NCBI GenBank assembly: GCA_021650915.1
Contig: CP091279.1
Span: forward strand, 2,010,001 to 2,042,000
Origin: Candidatus Brocadia sp.
Lineage (GTDB): Bacteria; Planctomycetota; Brocadiia; Brocadiales; Brocadiaceae
Length of the DNA: 32,000 bases
Direction: 5' to 3'
The notes under the pieces were generated by a model, which was not told the DNA's origin, did no database searches, and saw only the letters and a list, made by a program, of their open reading frames with translations. This document shows positions 1 through 9,268 of the stretch, piece by piece (position 1 is the stretch's first letter; each line of letters begins with the position of its first letter). The position numbers were made by a program, and so were the translations under genes.

Positions 1-685
1 TAATCCTTCCGTCGGCTAACTCAAGGATTTTTGTCTGTCCTTTCTCATAGATGCGTTTTGATTTGGCGCCCAAAATGAAGGTAAGTCCCATACCCTCCAT
101 CTGTTTCTGCAACATTGCAGCGCCTTCTCCATTCAATTGCCGGGGAAGCAGCCGATCGAACATTTCAATAATGGTAACGGAGACGCCCAGCTTTCTGAGC
201 CCGTTTCCTGCCTCAATCCCGAGCAATCCACCTCCAATGAGGGTAACTTTTTTTGCACCCGTGGTACGATGTGAAATAGTCAGTGTGTCTTCTACCGAGC
301 GCAGGGTAAAGACTCCTTCGGCAGTGGTAATCCCCTCAATGGGGGGAAGAACACCGCTGCTGCCCGTTGCCAATAACAGTTTGTTATAGGTAAAAATCGA
401 CCCGTCCGCTAACGTAATCGTTTTATTTCTGGAATCGATCTCTTTCACGACGCTGTTGAGGTACAGATGGATTTTGTTTTTGTGATACCACGCAAGGTTG
501 TAGACAAAAAATGCCTCAAGCGCAACCTCTCCTGCCAATAACTCTGGTATTCTGGGCCTGGAATAAAAGGGATAATACTCCCGCGTGAAAATCATTATCT
601 CGGCACAGGGGTCTCTTTTACGGATGTTCTTTGCCGCTTCTGTTCCAGCTACGCCGTTACCAACGATGATATATTCTGTATTCAC
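1..685 (-). CDS. NAD(P)/FAD-dependent pyridine nucleotide-disulfide oxidoreductase (NirB / rubredoxin-reductase-like), N-terminal ~228 codons; 3' end outside window
   Basis: Own minus-strand translation; it is absent from the ORF track because it runs off the edge. GTG at 685-683 is preceded by AGGAAGAGGA. The protein starts VNTEYIIVGNGVAGTEAAKNIR (first GxGxxG, FAD fold). It continues ...KLLLATGSS... and KKVTLIGGGLLGIEAGNGLRKLG (second GxGxxG, NAD(P)H fold). Confidence 0.75.
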   Translation of the reverse strand, partial: MNTEYIIVGNGVAGTEAAKNIRKRDPCAEIMIFTREYYPFYSRPRIPELLAGEVALEAFFVYNLAWYHKNKIHLYLNSVVKEIDSRNKTITLADGSIFTYNKLLLATGSSGVLPPIEGITTAEGVFTLRSVEDTLTISHRTTGAKKVTLIGGGLLGIEAGNGLRKLGVSVTIIEMFDRLLPRQLNGEGAAMLQKQMEGMGLTFILGAKSKRIYEKGQTKILELADGRI

Positions 686-730
686 CTTGTCATCCTCTTC
701 CTCACGCCAACGAAAAATTGCAGACCATCC

Positions 731-1810
731 CTACCGGCCAAAACTAATCCCTATCGATTCCGCAACTTTTACCAATCCATCCTCCGTTGGCACCGTTTTC
801 TGGCCTTGAGCGACATCGCTGAAGGGAACCGATTCAATCCTTTTTCCCCGTAAACAGACCATCTCGCCAAATCGTTTCCTGGCAATCAGGTCAACCGCGG
901 CTACCCCAAATTGAGTTGAAAGAATGCGATCAAAAGCACAGGGAGAACCCCCTCGCTGCAAGTGGCCCAGGACGGTCACGCGCACCTCCATGCCATAATT
1001 GCCGATACTCGCCCCAACCTTATTCCCGATACCGCCCAGGCGTTCAGCGCCGCCACCTGCTTCTGCACAATGTAGTACAGTAACATCTCCTCCGACAGGC
1101 CTTGCTCCTTCCGACACAACTACAATATTCGACCTGTTGCCGCCTTTTTTGCGATCCATAATCTTCTGCCCCACCTTTTCAATGTCAAAGGGGATTTCTG
1201 GAATAAGAATCACGTCTGCTCCGCCACCTATGCCAGTTTCCAAGGCAATCCAGCCCACATACCGACCCATGACCTCAACCACCATAACCCGGTGATGGCT
1301 TTCTGCGGTGGTGTGTAACCGATCGAGGGCGTCCGTAACCGTTTGTACCGCGGTATGAAATCCAAAGGTAACATCCGTGGCCAGGATATCATTGTCGATG
1401 GTCTTGGGCACCCCAACGACCGGACAGCCGAGCTTAAACAATTCGTTAGCAATCTTCAGCGTGCCATCACCGCCAATAACAATCAGGGCGTCCAACTCCA
1501 TCGATTGGATGTTGTTCATCACCTCACGGGAAACATCCTGCACTTCAGGCTTTCCATCTTTCATGACTTTATATTCAAAGGGATTTGACCTGTTCGTTGT
1601 ACCCAGAATAGTCCCGCCAATCGGGAGAATTCCCCGGATGTTCCATGGGGTTAATTCCCGCGATTTATTCGGCAAAATGAGCCCGTCAAAACCGTCCTCA
1701 ATTCCAATGATTTTATAGTTGTACTTTACCGAAGCTGTTTTAACAACGGCACGGATCACGGCATTCAGTCCCGGACAATCGCCTCCGCCTGTTAATACAC
1801 CAACTTTCAT
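731..1810 (-). CDS. pfk: 6-phosphofructokinase (ATP- or PPi-dependent cannot be decided by eye)
   Basis: ORF 731..1897. The start is trimmed to MKVGVLTGGGDCPGLNAVIRAVV (ATG 1810-1808, AAAAGGGGG upstream). PFK motifs present: GGGDCPGLN, IGGDGT, PKTIDNDI, MGR, GHLQRGG. Confidence 0.9.
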   Translation of the reverse strand: MKVGVLTGGGDCPGLNAVIRAVVKTASVKYNYKIIGIEDGFDGLILPNKSRELTPWNIRGILPIGGTILGTTNRSNPFEYKVMKDGKPEVQDVSREVMNNIQSMELDALIVIGGDGTLKIANELFKLGCPVVGVPKTIDNDILATDVTFGFHTAVQTVTDALDRLHTTAESHHRVMVVEVMGRYVGWIALETGIGGGADVILIPEIPFDIEKVGQKIMDRKKGGNRSNIVVVSEGARPVGGDVTVLHCAEAGGGAERLGGIGNKVGASIGNYGMEVRVTVLGHLQRGGSPCAFDRILSTQFGVAAVDLIARKRFGEMVCLRGKRIESVPFSDVAQGQKTVPTEDGLVKVAESIGISFGR

Positions 1811-1999
1811 TGCATACCGCCCCCTTTTATAGAATAATTTGCATAACACAATAGACAACAACTGCCCCTTTGCCCTTTTTTCTATGGAAACCGACAAAGA
1901 CGGGAATTGTTATAGCCGGTCTTTTTGGACGGAGGCATGTCTTTTATACCCTGACCCGAACCGTTTGAAAAGACAAAGTCCGAAGCACAAAATTCCTGC

Positions 2000-2038
2000 A
2001 TAGACCCTGTCAGGGTTTTAAACCCTGACAGGGTCTAT
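2000..2038 (-). terminator. 39-bp near-perfect palindrome downstream of the cytochrome c genes; candidate terminator
   Basis: The sequence is atagaccctgtcagggttt-t-aaaccctgacagggtctat. Each arm is itself self-complementary (accctgNcagggt). It lies 46 nt after the stop of the 2085..2456 gene, and a short T-run follows on the minus strand. Confidence 0.5.
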
Positions 2039-2084
2039 TGTATACATATTTTTGCTAAAAGATCAAAATTATCTTTGGAAGATA

Positions 2085-2456
2085 CTACGACCTCTTCTTC
2101 GGGGCAAGTTTTCGCACGTATCTTGCCAGTGCCTGTATCTCCTCAGGTTTCAGCTTGTCACTCCATCGGGGCATCTTGTTCTTACCGTTCATGATAGAAC
2201 TTAATACCTCTTCGTCGTTCTTCTTGCCCTGCCACTCCGGGTCAGCAAGATTGGGGGCTTTCAACTCACGACCCCTCTTCGTTCCTTTCCCATCCTCACC
2301 ATGGCACGTGGCACAATGGTATTCAAATAATTTTTTTGGATTAATCTCTTCACCCTCTTGTCCCAGAACGGTAGAAAACCCGGGAAACAGGCCAAAGAAG
2401 GCAAGAACAAAGACGCCGCAGACTCCGCTGCGTTTCCTGTCATCCATATCTCGCAA
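2085..2456 (-). CDS. monoheme class-I c-type cytochrome, secreted
   Basis: 123 aa with an N-terminal hydrophobic signal (GVCGVFVLAFFGLF). It has a single CATCH heme motif followed by GEDGKG, and a distal NKMP methionine region. Confidence 0.85.
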   Translation of the reverse strand: MRDMDDRKRSGVCGVFVLAFFGLFPGFSTVLGQEGEEINPKKLFEYHCATCHGEDGKGTKRGRELKAPNLADPEWQGKKNDEEVLSSIMNGKNKMPRWSDKLKPEEIQALARYVRKLAPKKRS

Positions 2457-2504
2457 CTCCTTTTGATAAAACCGGTAAACGTTGATTCCATCCCGTGAGA
2501 GATT

Positions 2505-2855
2505 TTATTTCTTTCCAAAACCCCTGATGACGGAAACTAATGCCTTGATTTCGTCCTGGCTTAGTTTTTCTTTAAAGGGCATCATCTTTTCCGGCGTTCC
2601 GTTGTTAATTTGCTTGATGATCTGCTCGTCGGTCGTCTTTGCCTGCCATTCCGCATTGGCAAACTCACGCGCTCCCAGACCTGTCCCAAGGTCTGTAGGG
2701 TGGCCATTCTCTCCGTGACAGGTTTTGCAATGTGTCATATACACCTTTGTTGCATCAATATCTGCTGCCCTGGAAACTGATATTCCGGAAAAATAAGCAA
2801 TTGCTCCTGCCATAACAGCCACCGATACACCTGTAAAAATTCCTGTCTTACTCAT
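2505..2855 (-). CDS. monoheme class-I c-type cytochrome, secreted (paralogue of 2085..2456)
   Basis: ORF 2505..2951 is trimmed to MSKTGIFTGVSVAVMAGAIAYF (ATG 2855-2853, AAGGAGGAGAAG upstream). It has a CKTCH heme motif and an EKMMP region. The architecture matches the neighbouring gene. Confidence 0.85.
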   Translation of the reverse strand: MSKTGIFTGVSVAVMAGAIAYFSGISVSRAADIDATKVYMTHCKTCHGENGHPTDLGTGLGAREFANAEWQAKTTDEQIIKQINNGTPEKMMPFKEKLSQDEIKALVSVIRGFGKK

Positions 2856-2975
2856 TTTCTTCTCCTCCTTAAACGTTACGACATTAAAGAAATAGTATTT
2901 TTTATACTGATGGGTATAGCGTCGCAAAGCCACTACCCAAAACCCATCCATTATACACTGCCCTGCGGGCAGCTC

Positions 2976-3170
2976 TTATTCCTCGTACGTAAGTACCCGG
3001 ATAATGCCCATGGTGCCACCATCATTGTTCGTGGTGCTGTCACACACGGAAATCACCTTTTTAATCTTGTTCTGCTGAAGAAATTCATTTACTGTCCTGT
3101 CCAGCTCCACCAGCTCGTTATGAACTTGAAATATCTTGAGAGACGAAGTAAAGGTTTTCACTTTCACCAT
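2976..3170 (-). CDS. small hypothetical protein (64 aa), Cse60-like pattern
   Basis: The MVKVKTF...LDRTVNEFLQQNKIKKVISV...GIIRVLTYEE layout resembles small Cse60-type proteins. It is co-oriented and tightly spaced with the SOR gene. The family call is weak. Confidence 0.45.
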   Translation of the reverse strand: MVKVKTFTSSLKIFQVHNELVELDRTVNEFLQQNKIKKVISVCDSTTNNDGGTMGIIRVLTYEE

Positions 3171-3204
3171 AAAACGACTCCTTCATAAAATGTGCAAAGA
3201 GAAT

Positions 3205-3585
3205 TTATTTGGTTACGTTCACCTCTTTTGTACCCTCCCAGATACCGTGGAGGTTGCAACGGGTAAACACCCGAAGCGGTCTCTTTCCCGGGTGGTGCAA
3301 GACGATACTCAGCGACACCTCCGGCTTGCTGAGTTCCGCAGTAAAATCCACGCGCGAGATATAAATATGCCCGCAATACAGGTCTACGAACTGAATGAAG
3401 TGGCCATTTTCCATAACATGAGACACTTCTCCCACTTTTATGGTAACTGTAAAGGGCTGGCCTACCTTCACAACCTCCGGTACGGAAATCACGGGTACAT
3501 GCTTTTTTGCCGTATCCGCAGGGCCGGTAGCTAAGGTGTTGACCTGACAAAACAACGTACTCTCCGATGTCATTTGTTCCTCCAT
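3205..3585 (-). CDS. sor: superoxide reductase (neelaredoxin / desulfoferrodoxin family, single-domain type)
   Basis: 126 aa with SOR iron-ligand signatures: KKHVPVI, HVMENGHFIQF, CNLHGIWEG. Confidence 0.85.
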   Translation of the reverse strand: MEEQMTSESTLFCQVNTLATGPADTAKKHVPVISVPEVVKVGQPFTVTIKVGEVSHVMENGHFIQFVDLYCGHIYISRVDFTAELSKPEVSLSIVLHHPGKRPLRVFTRCNLHGIWEGTKEVNVTK

Positions 3586-3605
3586 AATGAAAAATGTTGA
3601 AAAAT

Positions 3606-3806
3606 TTAAATACTGCTTTTATGCAGCGATGCAGACACCATTTTGATTGCTTTTACAGGGCACGCCGGAATGCACCGTCCGCACTGGTTGCAGGTGTGTT
3701 GCAGAATCTCCGCCTTTTCAGTCTTCATAACGATTGATTCTACGGGACAAACGTGCAGGCATTCTTCACAACCAACGCATTCAGCCTTATCCACAACAAG
3801 AGTCAT
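3606..3806 (-). CDS. 2x[4Fe-4S] ferredoxin
   Basis: 66 aa with two CxxCxxCxxxCP clusters: CVGCEECLHVCP and CNQCGRCIPACP. Confidence 0.88.
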   Translation of the reverse strand: MTLVVDKAECVGCEECLHVCPVESIVMKTEKAEILQHTCNQCGRCIPACPVKAIKMVSASLHKSSI

Positions 3807-3868
3807 TTGAATATCTCACCAGGAAATGGAACAGCATCCCTGCTGCCCGCTGCAAAGGGTTAAAAGAT

Positions 3869-4273
3869 TTATTCAGACCGGACTTCTATCTTCCGCGGTT
3901 TTACATGCTCCGCCTTGGGCAAGACAAGCGACAAGACACCGTCCGACATCTTCGCTTCAATCTTATCGCGATTAATTGCGTCCGAAATGACAAAATGCCG
4001 GTGATAATGCCCGATGGTATATTCGTTATGCAGCACTTTCTCATCACGATAAGCCTCCTGGGACACCTCACCGTTGACAATCAATTCGTTGTCCCGGAGG
4101 TCGATCGCTATATTTTCTGTGCCGACCCCTGGCATATCGATCAAAATCGTGAAATTATCCGGCGTTTCATAGATATCAGACTGAGGAAAATACCAGTCGC
4201 CCTTTCCCGTTATGACGCATTTGTCGGGAGCGATCTTCTTTTTTTCAACTGACGGATGTTCTTTTGTTTCCAT
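3869..4273 (-). CDS. Hsp20/alpha-crystallin family small heat-shock protein
   Basis: 134 aa with an alpha-crystallin domain pattern: DIYETPDNFTILIDMPGV...F.R.F.L...ID.DKIEAKMSDGVLSLVLPK. Confidence 0.85.
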   Translation of the reverse strand: METKEHPSVEKKKIAPDKCVITGKGDWYFPQSDIYETPDNFTILIDMPGVGTENIAIDLRDNELIVNGEVSQEAYRDEKVLHNEYTIGHYHRHFVISDAINRDKIEAKMSDGVLSLVLPKAEHVKPRKIEVRSE

Positions 4274-4293
4274 GATTATCGTTCTCCTTTTCG

Positions 4294-4743
4294 TTAAGCT
4301 TTCTGAATCACCACTTGCCTGGGTTTTGTCTCGGATGCCCTGGGGAGCGTTACCAGCAAAACACCATTCTTGTATGAGGCGGCTACCTTTTCCACATCAA
4401 CTTTTTCAGGCAACATTATGGAACGGGCAAATGTTCCATAATTTCTTTCCCGACGCAGGTAGGTTGCCTTTGCCGCAGGCGCTGCGGGTCTTCTCTCCCC
4501 CTTGATCGTTAAAACGTCGTCCACCACCTGGATGTCCAGATCGCCAATCCTGACTCCGGGAAGTTCCGCACGCACAAAGACACTTTCCTCATTTAGCGAC
4601 ACAATAATCGGGGGAAATTCCATAGCCGCATACCCTTCCCCTTGAGGCGCAGAACTCAAAATATCCAGCAAATCGCTCATTTCCTTCTGTATATGAGCAA
4701 GACTATCAAGCGGACCTGACCTGTCCCATTTTATAAGACCCAT
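4294..4743 (-). CDS. Hsp20/alpha-crystallin family small heat-shock protein
   Basis: 149 aa with the pattern VFVRAELPGV...LTIKGER......YGTFARSIMLPEKVDVEKVAASYKNGVLLVTLPR. Confidence 0.85.
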   Translation of the reverse strand: MGLIKWDRSGPLDSLAHIQKEMSDLLDILSSAPQGEGYAAMEFPPIIVSLNEESVFVRAELPGVRIGDLDIQVVDDVLTIKGERRPAAPAAKATYLRRERNYGTFARSIMLPEKVDVEKVAASYKNGVLLVTLPRASETKPRQVVIQKA

Positions 4744-4808
4744 AAACGTTACCTCCTCTCCATTGCATAAAATGTATCAAACAGAAATAAAACTTTGTAA
4801 GCACTTGT

Positions 4809-4830
4809 TGTCTATCTAAAATTTTAGACA
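4809..4830. promoter_or_regulatory. inverted repeat TGTCTA-N10-TAGACA upstream of the hsp20 operon; candidate operator
   Basis: tgtcta is at 4809-4814 and tagaca at 4825-4830, about 70-85 nt upstream of the 4743 start codon. It is not the CIRCE consensus. The function is inferred from position only. Confidence 0.25.
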
Positions 4831-5083
4831 CATCTTTCCAGTCTCCTGGATTCATCTTCTCTTTTCTTTGTTTTAAACCGTTCCAAAATTTCTAGCATAC
4901 GAATCGTTTCTCGTATAACGACAAGAATTTATAATAGCCTTTTATCAAATCGCTTCTCACGAATGACGGGAGCGACCTTCCGCTACGGGTGTACATGATA
5001 GAGAGTGCGCAAGAAAGATGCCAATGGGAGGAGATCGTTCCCGGCAGAGAAATGAGCGGGCAAGAATTTCTTACAATCAACCG

Positions 5084-6184
5084 CTATGCCCTGACAAATC
5101 TTTTGCCCGAGAGCTGTTTTGCTAACTTCTTTATTTCAAGAATCAGTAAGGTGCTGGTCACAACGGAGGTGGGAAGTTGCGTGATATGGATAATTTCATC
5201 AATGTCCTTCGGACTGCTGGACAGAAGCGAGAATATCTTTTTTTCCTGGGAGTTAAGCGCCAGGTTCCGTGGGTCGTTTGCCAAAGATGTTTCGCCGTCA
5301 CTCAGGGTTTCTGCAAGGGGGCCCAACTCCTGCAGTATATCGGAGACATCCTCCACGAGCTTGGCCCCTTCCTTAATCAACTTATGGGTGCCACGGCTGT
5401 AAATGTTGTCAATGGCGCCGGGAATGGCAAAGACCTCTTTTCCCTGTTCAAGCGCCCACTGTGCCGTTATCAGTGAACCACTTTTCAATGACGATTCAAC
5501 CACGAGCACCCCCAGGGACAAGCCGCTGATTAGCCGGTTTCGCGGCGGGAAATTGCGAAAATCGGGCGGTGTCTTCATGGAGAATTCAGAAACAAGGGCG
5601 CCATGCTGAACGATCTGTTCGGCCAGTTCAATATTTTCCCGGGGATAGATGACTCCCAGTCCGCAGCCGAGCACCGCAATGGTGCGTCCTTTGGAGCCAA
5701 TGGCGCCACGATGGGCAGCGGCATCTATGCCGCGCGCCATGCCGCTGATAATGCAAAGCCCTTTCTGCGCCAGGAGCCTGGCAAAACGTTCCGCCTGTGA
5801 CAAGCCATAATAGGTGCAGCGCCTTGCCCCGACAATAGCAAGGGCAAGGATATCGGTTTCCAGGATGGAGCCTCTGACATAGAGGACGAGCGGTGGATCG
5901 TAGATGGCCTTGAGATGTTTCGGATAGTGCTCGCTGGTGTACGGCAGGATTTGAACTCCCTTCTGCCCGGCCAATTCAATTTCGGCCTCAATATCGATGG
6001 TTCTCGATTCCTCAACAACGGCCTTTGCAAGCTTCGGGCCGATGCCTGGCACTGCCTCCAATTCTGTCCGGGAGGCGTCAAGAATCGCCTCTGAAGAGCC
6101 GAATCTTTCAAGGAGTGTTTTATACGTCCGTATCCCGATCCCCCTGGTCATATTCAGACGGAGGAGGGCCTCTAATTCTGTCAC
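5084..6184 (-). CDS. dprA: DNA-processing protein DprA
   Basis: 366 aa. It has an N-terminal HhH region (GIGIRTYKTLLERFGS). The Rossmann-like core shows IVGARRCTYYG and ISGMARGIDAAAHRGA. A C-terminal winged-helix tail is present. Confidence 0.9.
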   Translation of the reverse strand: MTELEALLRLNMTRGIGIRTYKTLLERFGSSEAILDASRTELEAVPGIGPKLAKAVVEESRTIDIEAEIELAGQKGVQILPYTSEHYPKHLKAIYDPPLVLYVRGSILETDILALAIVGARRCTYYGLSQAERFARLLAQKGLCIISGMARGIDAAAHRGAIGSKGRTIAVLGCGLGVIYPRENIELAEQIVQHGALVSEFSMKTPPDFRNFPPRNRLISGLSLGVLVVESSLKSGSLITAQWALEQGKEVFAIPGAIDNIYSRGTHKLIKEGAKLVEDVSDILQELGPLAETLSDGETSLANDPRNLALNSQEKKIFSLLSSSPKDIDEIIHITQLPTSVVTSTLLILEIKKLAKQLSGKRFVRA

Positions 6185-6248
6185 GGTTACTTCCTCATAA
6201 AGATAAAACGCGGACTATTGCGCCGCCGCCCGGACGATGCGCCATTCG

Positions 6249-7328
6249 TCACAGGGGTTTGTTTAATACGCGGTAGATAATTTCTTCCGTTACCTGATCC
6301 GAAATAGCAACCTCGCCAATTTTTAGGGGAAGGATAAAACGGAGCCGGCCGGCAACGGTCTTTTTGTCGGTGTACAGCGCCCTTACCATATCCTCCGGTG
6401 GCAAGCCGGTATGCAGCGGCAATCCCAGCCTCCGGATTAAGGAAAGTTGCCGCTCCAGCACCAGAGAATCGGTTAATCCCATCTCCATGGCAATCTTCGT
6501 TGCATACAGCATTCCGATGGCTACTGCCTCACCGTGCCGGTATTTTTTGTACCCGGTGAGGGCCTCAATGGCATGTCCTATGGTATGCCCGTAATTTAAA
6601 ATGGCCCGCAGGTGCGTTTCTTTTTCGTCTTCTTCCACCACCTTTGCCTTGATTTTACAAGAGGTGGCAATGATGTTCACGAGGGCTGTGTGATTCAACT
6701 GCAGGATATCATACAGGGTGTTTTCCAGAAAGGCAAACAATTCAGCATCCCGGATGACGCCATATTTGATGACCTCCGCCAGTCCCGTCACCATCTCAAC
6801 GGCCGGCAAGGTTGAGAGGGTGTCGGTATCAATAAACACCGCCCTGGGCTGATAAAAACTCCCGATCATGTTTTTCCCTTTCGGATGATTTACCGCCACC
6901 TTGCCGCCGATGCTGCTGTCGACTTGCGCAAGGAGTGAAGTGGGCACCTGGATAAAGGGAACGCCCCGCATGAAGGTGGCGGCAACAAAGCCGCTGATGT
7001 CGCCTACGACACCCCCGCCCACCGCAACGATGAGGGAATTTCTGTCCAGCTTATGATCAAAACACGCGTCGTAAAGCATCAACGCCGTGTCCAGGGTCTT
7101 CTGCTCTTCACCCGGTTTTAATGCGATACGCCGGACATCAAATTTATTCCGGGAAAGACTTTCAGAGACCGCGCCGCCGTACACCCGCTCGACGTTTGTG
7201 TCCGTTATCAGGAGCGTCTTGCAGGGGCTCTTTTCCTGCGCCAGGATATCCCCAATGTGCCGGAGAAGACCCTTGTCGATCAAGATGTTGTAACTCTGGG
7301 AAGACAGATGAACGCGTATGGTTTTCAT
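6249..7328 (-). CDS. aroB: 3-dehydroquinate synthase
   Basis: 359 aa with the motifs GGGVVGDISGFVAATFMRGVPFIQVPTSLLAQVDSSIGGKVAVNHP and NYGHTIGHAIE. Confidence 0.92.
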   Translation of the reverse strand: MKTIRVHLSSQSYNILIDKGLLRHIGDILAQEKSPCKTLLITDTNVERVYGGAVSESLSRNKFDVRRIALKPGEEQKTLDTALMLYDACFDHKLDRNSLIVAVGGGVVGDISGFVAATFMRGVPFIQVPTSLLAQVDSSIGGKVAVNHPKGKNMIGSFYQPRAVFIDTDTLSTLPAVEMVTGLAEVIKYGVIRDAELFAFLENTLYDILQLNHTALVNIIATSCKIKAKVVEEDEKETHLRAILNYGHTIGHAIEALTGYKKYRHGEAVAIGMLYATKIAMEMGLTDSLVLERQLSLIRRLGLPLHTGLPPEDMVRALYTDKKTVAGRLRFILPLKIGEVAISDQVTEEIIYRVLNKPL

Positions 7329-7420
7329 ATCCTTTTTATGAGACCCCGGTGAAATCGTGCATGAACGTTGAAATAAAGATAAATATGTACCATAGATTCA
7401 GCCCATTTTACAGAAAAATT

Positions 7421-8236
7421 TCAATGCTTCTCCGTTGTTGTTTGCTGTGGCACGAGCGCCCAGATACGGCACTGCCCGCCTGATCCGCCTTCAATCTTAA
7501 TGGGCGCAACGATAAGGGTAAATCCTCTGGGCGGCAATTTGTCAAGATTGGCCACATTTTCAAGCATAAATTTTCCCGCACCATTGATCACATGGTGAAC
7601 CTGAAAGGCCGAGCAGTTTCCGCAATCCCCACTCAGGGTATCAATACCAACACCCTTAACATTTCTCTTTTCTACCAGAAAGATGGCGGCCTCCTTCGAA
7701 TAACCAGGAAAGTGCATGCTGCCGTTTGTATCTTTGTTTTTATAATCCTCAAAATTATACCACCGTTTACACCAACCGGTATGTAATAATACCATCGAAC
7801 CATCAGGTATCCGCCCGTGAACCTTTTCCCACTGTTCAACATCAGACAATAAGAGCGCATAATCATGGTCGTGCCCTGCCTTGTCGGTAATGTCAATCAT
7901 AACCGCTGGCCCGACCAGTTGTTCAAAAGGGATTTGATCGACAGAAGGCCGGTTCAGTTCAAAATGGTTGGGGGCATCGAGGTGAGTTCCGAGGTGTTCC
8001 GGGGTACTATACCTGCCGGAAAATACCATATCCCTTTTTATATTCGCAATGACCTCATACCTGAACGGGGTATAGTTTCCCACCGGCCAGTAAGGATTCT
8101 TTTCATTCAGGGGATAGGTCAAATCAATAACCGTGGCCTTACCTTCCATTACATCTTCAAGGATACCGGCCTGCAGGCACGGTTTCCAGAAAATTAACAT
8201 GATCCCGAATGTAACTATTCTCAGAATATTTTTCAT
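7421..8236 (-). CDS. cyclase-family protein (kynurenine/aryl formamidase-like), secreted
   Basis: 271 aa with an N-terminal signal peptide. The HxGTHxDxPxH metal motif appears as EHLGTHLDAPNHF. Confidence 0.8.
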   Translation of the reverse strand: MKNILRIVTFGIMLIFWKPCLQAGILEDVMEGKATVIDLTYPLNEKNPYWPVGNYTPFRYEVIANIKRDMVFSGRYSTPEHLGTHLDAPNHFELNRPSVDQIPFEQLVGPAVMIDITDKAGHDHDYALLLSDVEQWEKVHGRIPDGSMVLLHTGWCKRWYNFEDYKNKDTNGSMHFPGYSKEAAIFLVEKRNVKGVGIDTLSGDCGNCSAFQVHHVINGAGKFMLENVANLDKLPPRGFTLIVAPIKIEGGSGGQCRIWALVPQQTTTEKH

Positions 8237-8365
8237 CCCGTGTGTCCCCTTCGCAAAGTAAACTCGATCTTACAAAACATGAAGTATAGAAATTCCGATC
8301 CTCTCTCTCATCGAATTTCAAAAAATTCCAGGGAGATGAAGAACTTATTCGCTTGGGCGCTCATA

Positions 8366-9268
8366 TAATATCTGACATAATTAAGTAGACTATTTACGAA
8401 AGAACTCTTTTATCTGTTCTGGTCGTTTTTGAATTGACCTTAAAGAACCGAGAACAACAGAGTGTAGTTCTTTTTTGTCTTTAATGGGTTTCGCATTTAG
8501 TTTTTGTGTCTTTACCGTATTCCAAACTTCTTCGTCTGGATTCAACTCAGGTGAATATCCGGGCAAATAATGAAGAGATAGCCATGATGCGTTTTCCAGA
8601 GCAAAACGTCCTACACCTTTTGCTTTATGACAGGGCGCTCCGTCAATAATAAAGAAAAGTTTACGGTTAATAAAATGTCTATGAAGAGATTTCATAAATT
8701 TAATCAATGTTCCAGAATTAAAATGTGTCGTGGCAATTTGAAAAAGAAGATGTCCTTGTGCGCTAACAGCAGAAGTAACTGCAACGGAAATGCCTTTTTT
8801 GCCAGAGACGCGAACAATTGGTTTACCATCGGGAAAAGTCCATGTTTTTCCCACATGAGGAATCGGCTTGAAAACACTCTCATCTCCATAAAGGATTATT
8901 CCCTTGGATTGAGAAGCGGAGCGTGTAATCCTGGGGAGTTCATATCTTTTCCATCTTCGGACTTCCTTAATGTCTTGTTCCAGCGCTCGCCTCTCAGGAC
9001 TTTTACGCACAAGCCCCAACCTTCTCAAAAATCTCGGCATGTAATCCCTGTGCATCTTTATGCCAAACTTATTTCGTATAAGAATTCGTACACGAGGCCC
9101 AGTCCAAAGATCAGAGGCAAAACCATAATCAGTTGCTGGCTGCCGCAGGAGATCCATCAATTTAAGGATAGTTCTTTGTTCCAGTTTCGATGGAGATCCT
9201 GTTGTCTTTCTGGATTTCAGTTTAATAAGGTGGATGGGTTTGTCAAGACCATTTATTATTAATTTTTA
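8366..9268 (-). mobile_element. IS630-family element (type 1), 3' two-thirds only; truncated by ISL3 copy 1
   Basis: A terminal sequence (TA)TAATATCTGACATAATTAAGTAGACTATTTACGA lies at 8364-8399 and contains the transposase stop codon. The body ends abruptly at the ISL3 inverted repeat (9269). Confidence 0.75.
8390..9265 (-). pseudogene. IS630-family (DDE_3) transposase, N-terminally truncated
   Basis: ORF 8390..9160 stays open upstream to 9265 (...NGLDKPIHLIKLKSRKTTGSPSKLEQRTILKLM...) with no start codon. A TAA at 9266-9268 abuts the ISL3 end. DDE_3 hallmarks are present: IILYGDESVF, FFIIDGAPCH, LPGYSPELNPDEEVW. Confidence 0.8.

Noticed and set aside
51-389. The 112-aa plus-strand ORF at the left edge, and 585..809.
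   Set aside because: They are antisense to the FAD/NAD oxidoreductase frame, which shows two GxGxxG dinucleotide-binding motifs.
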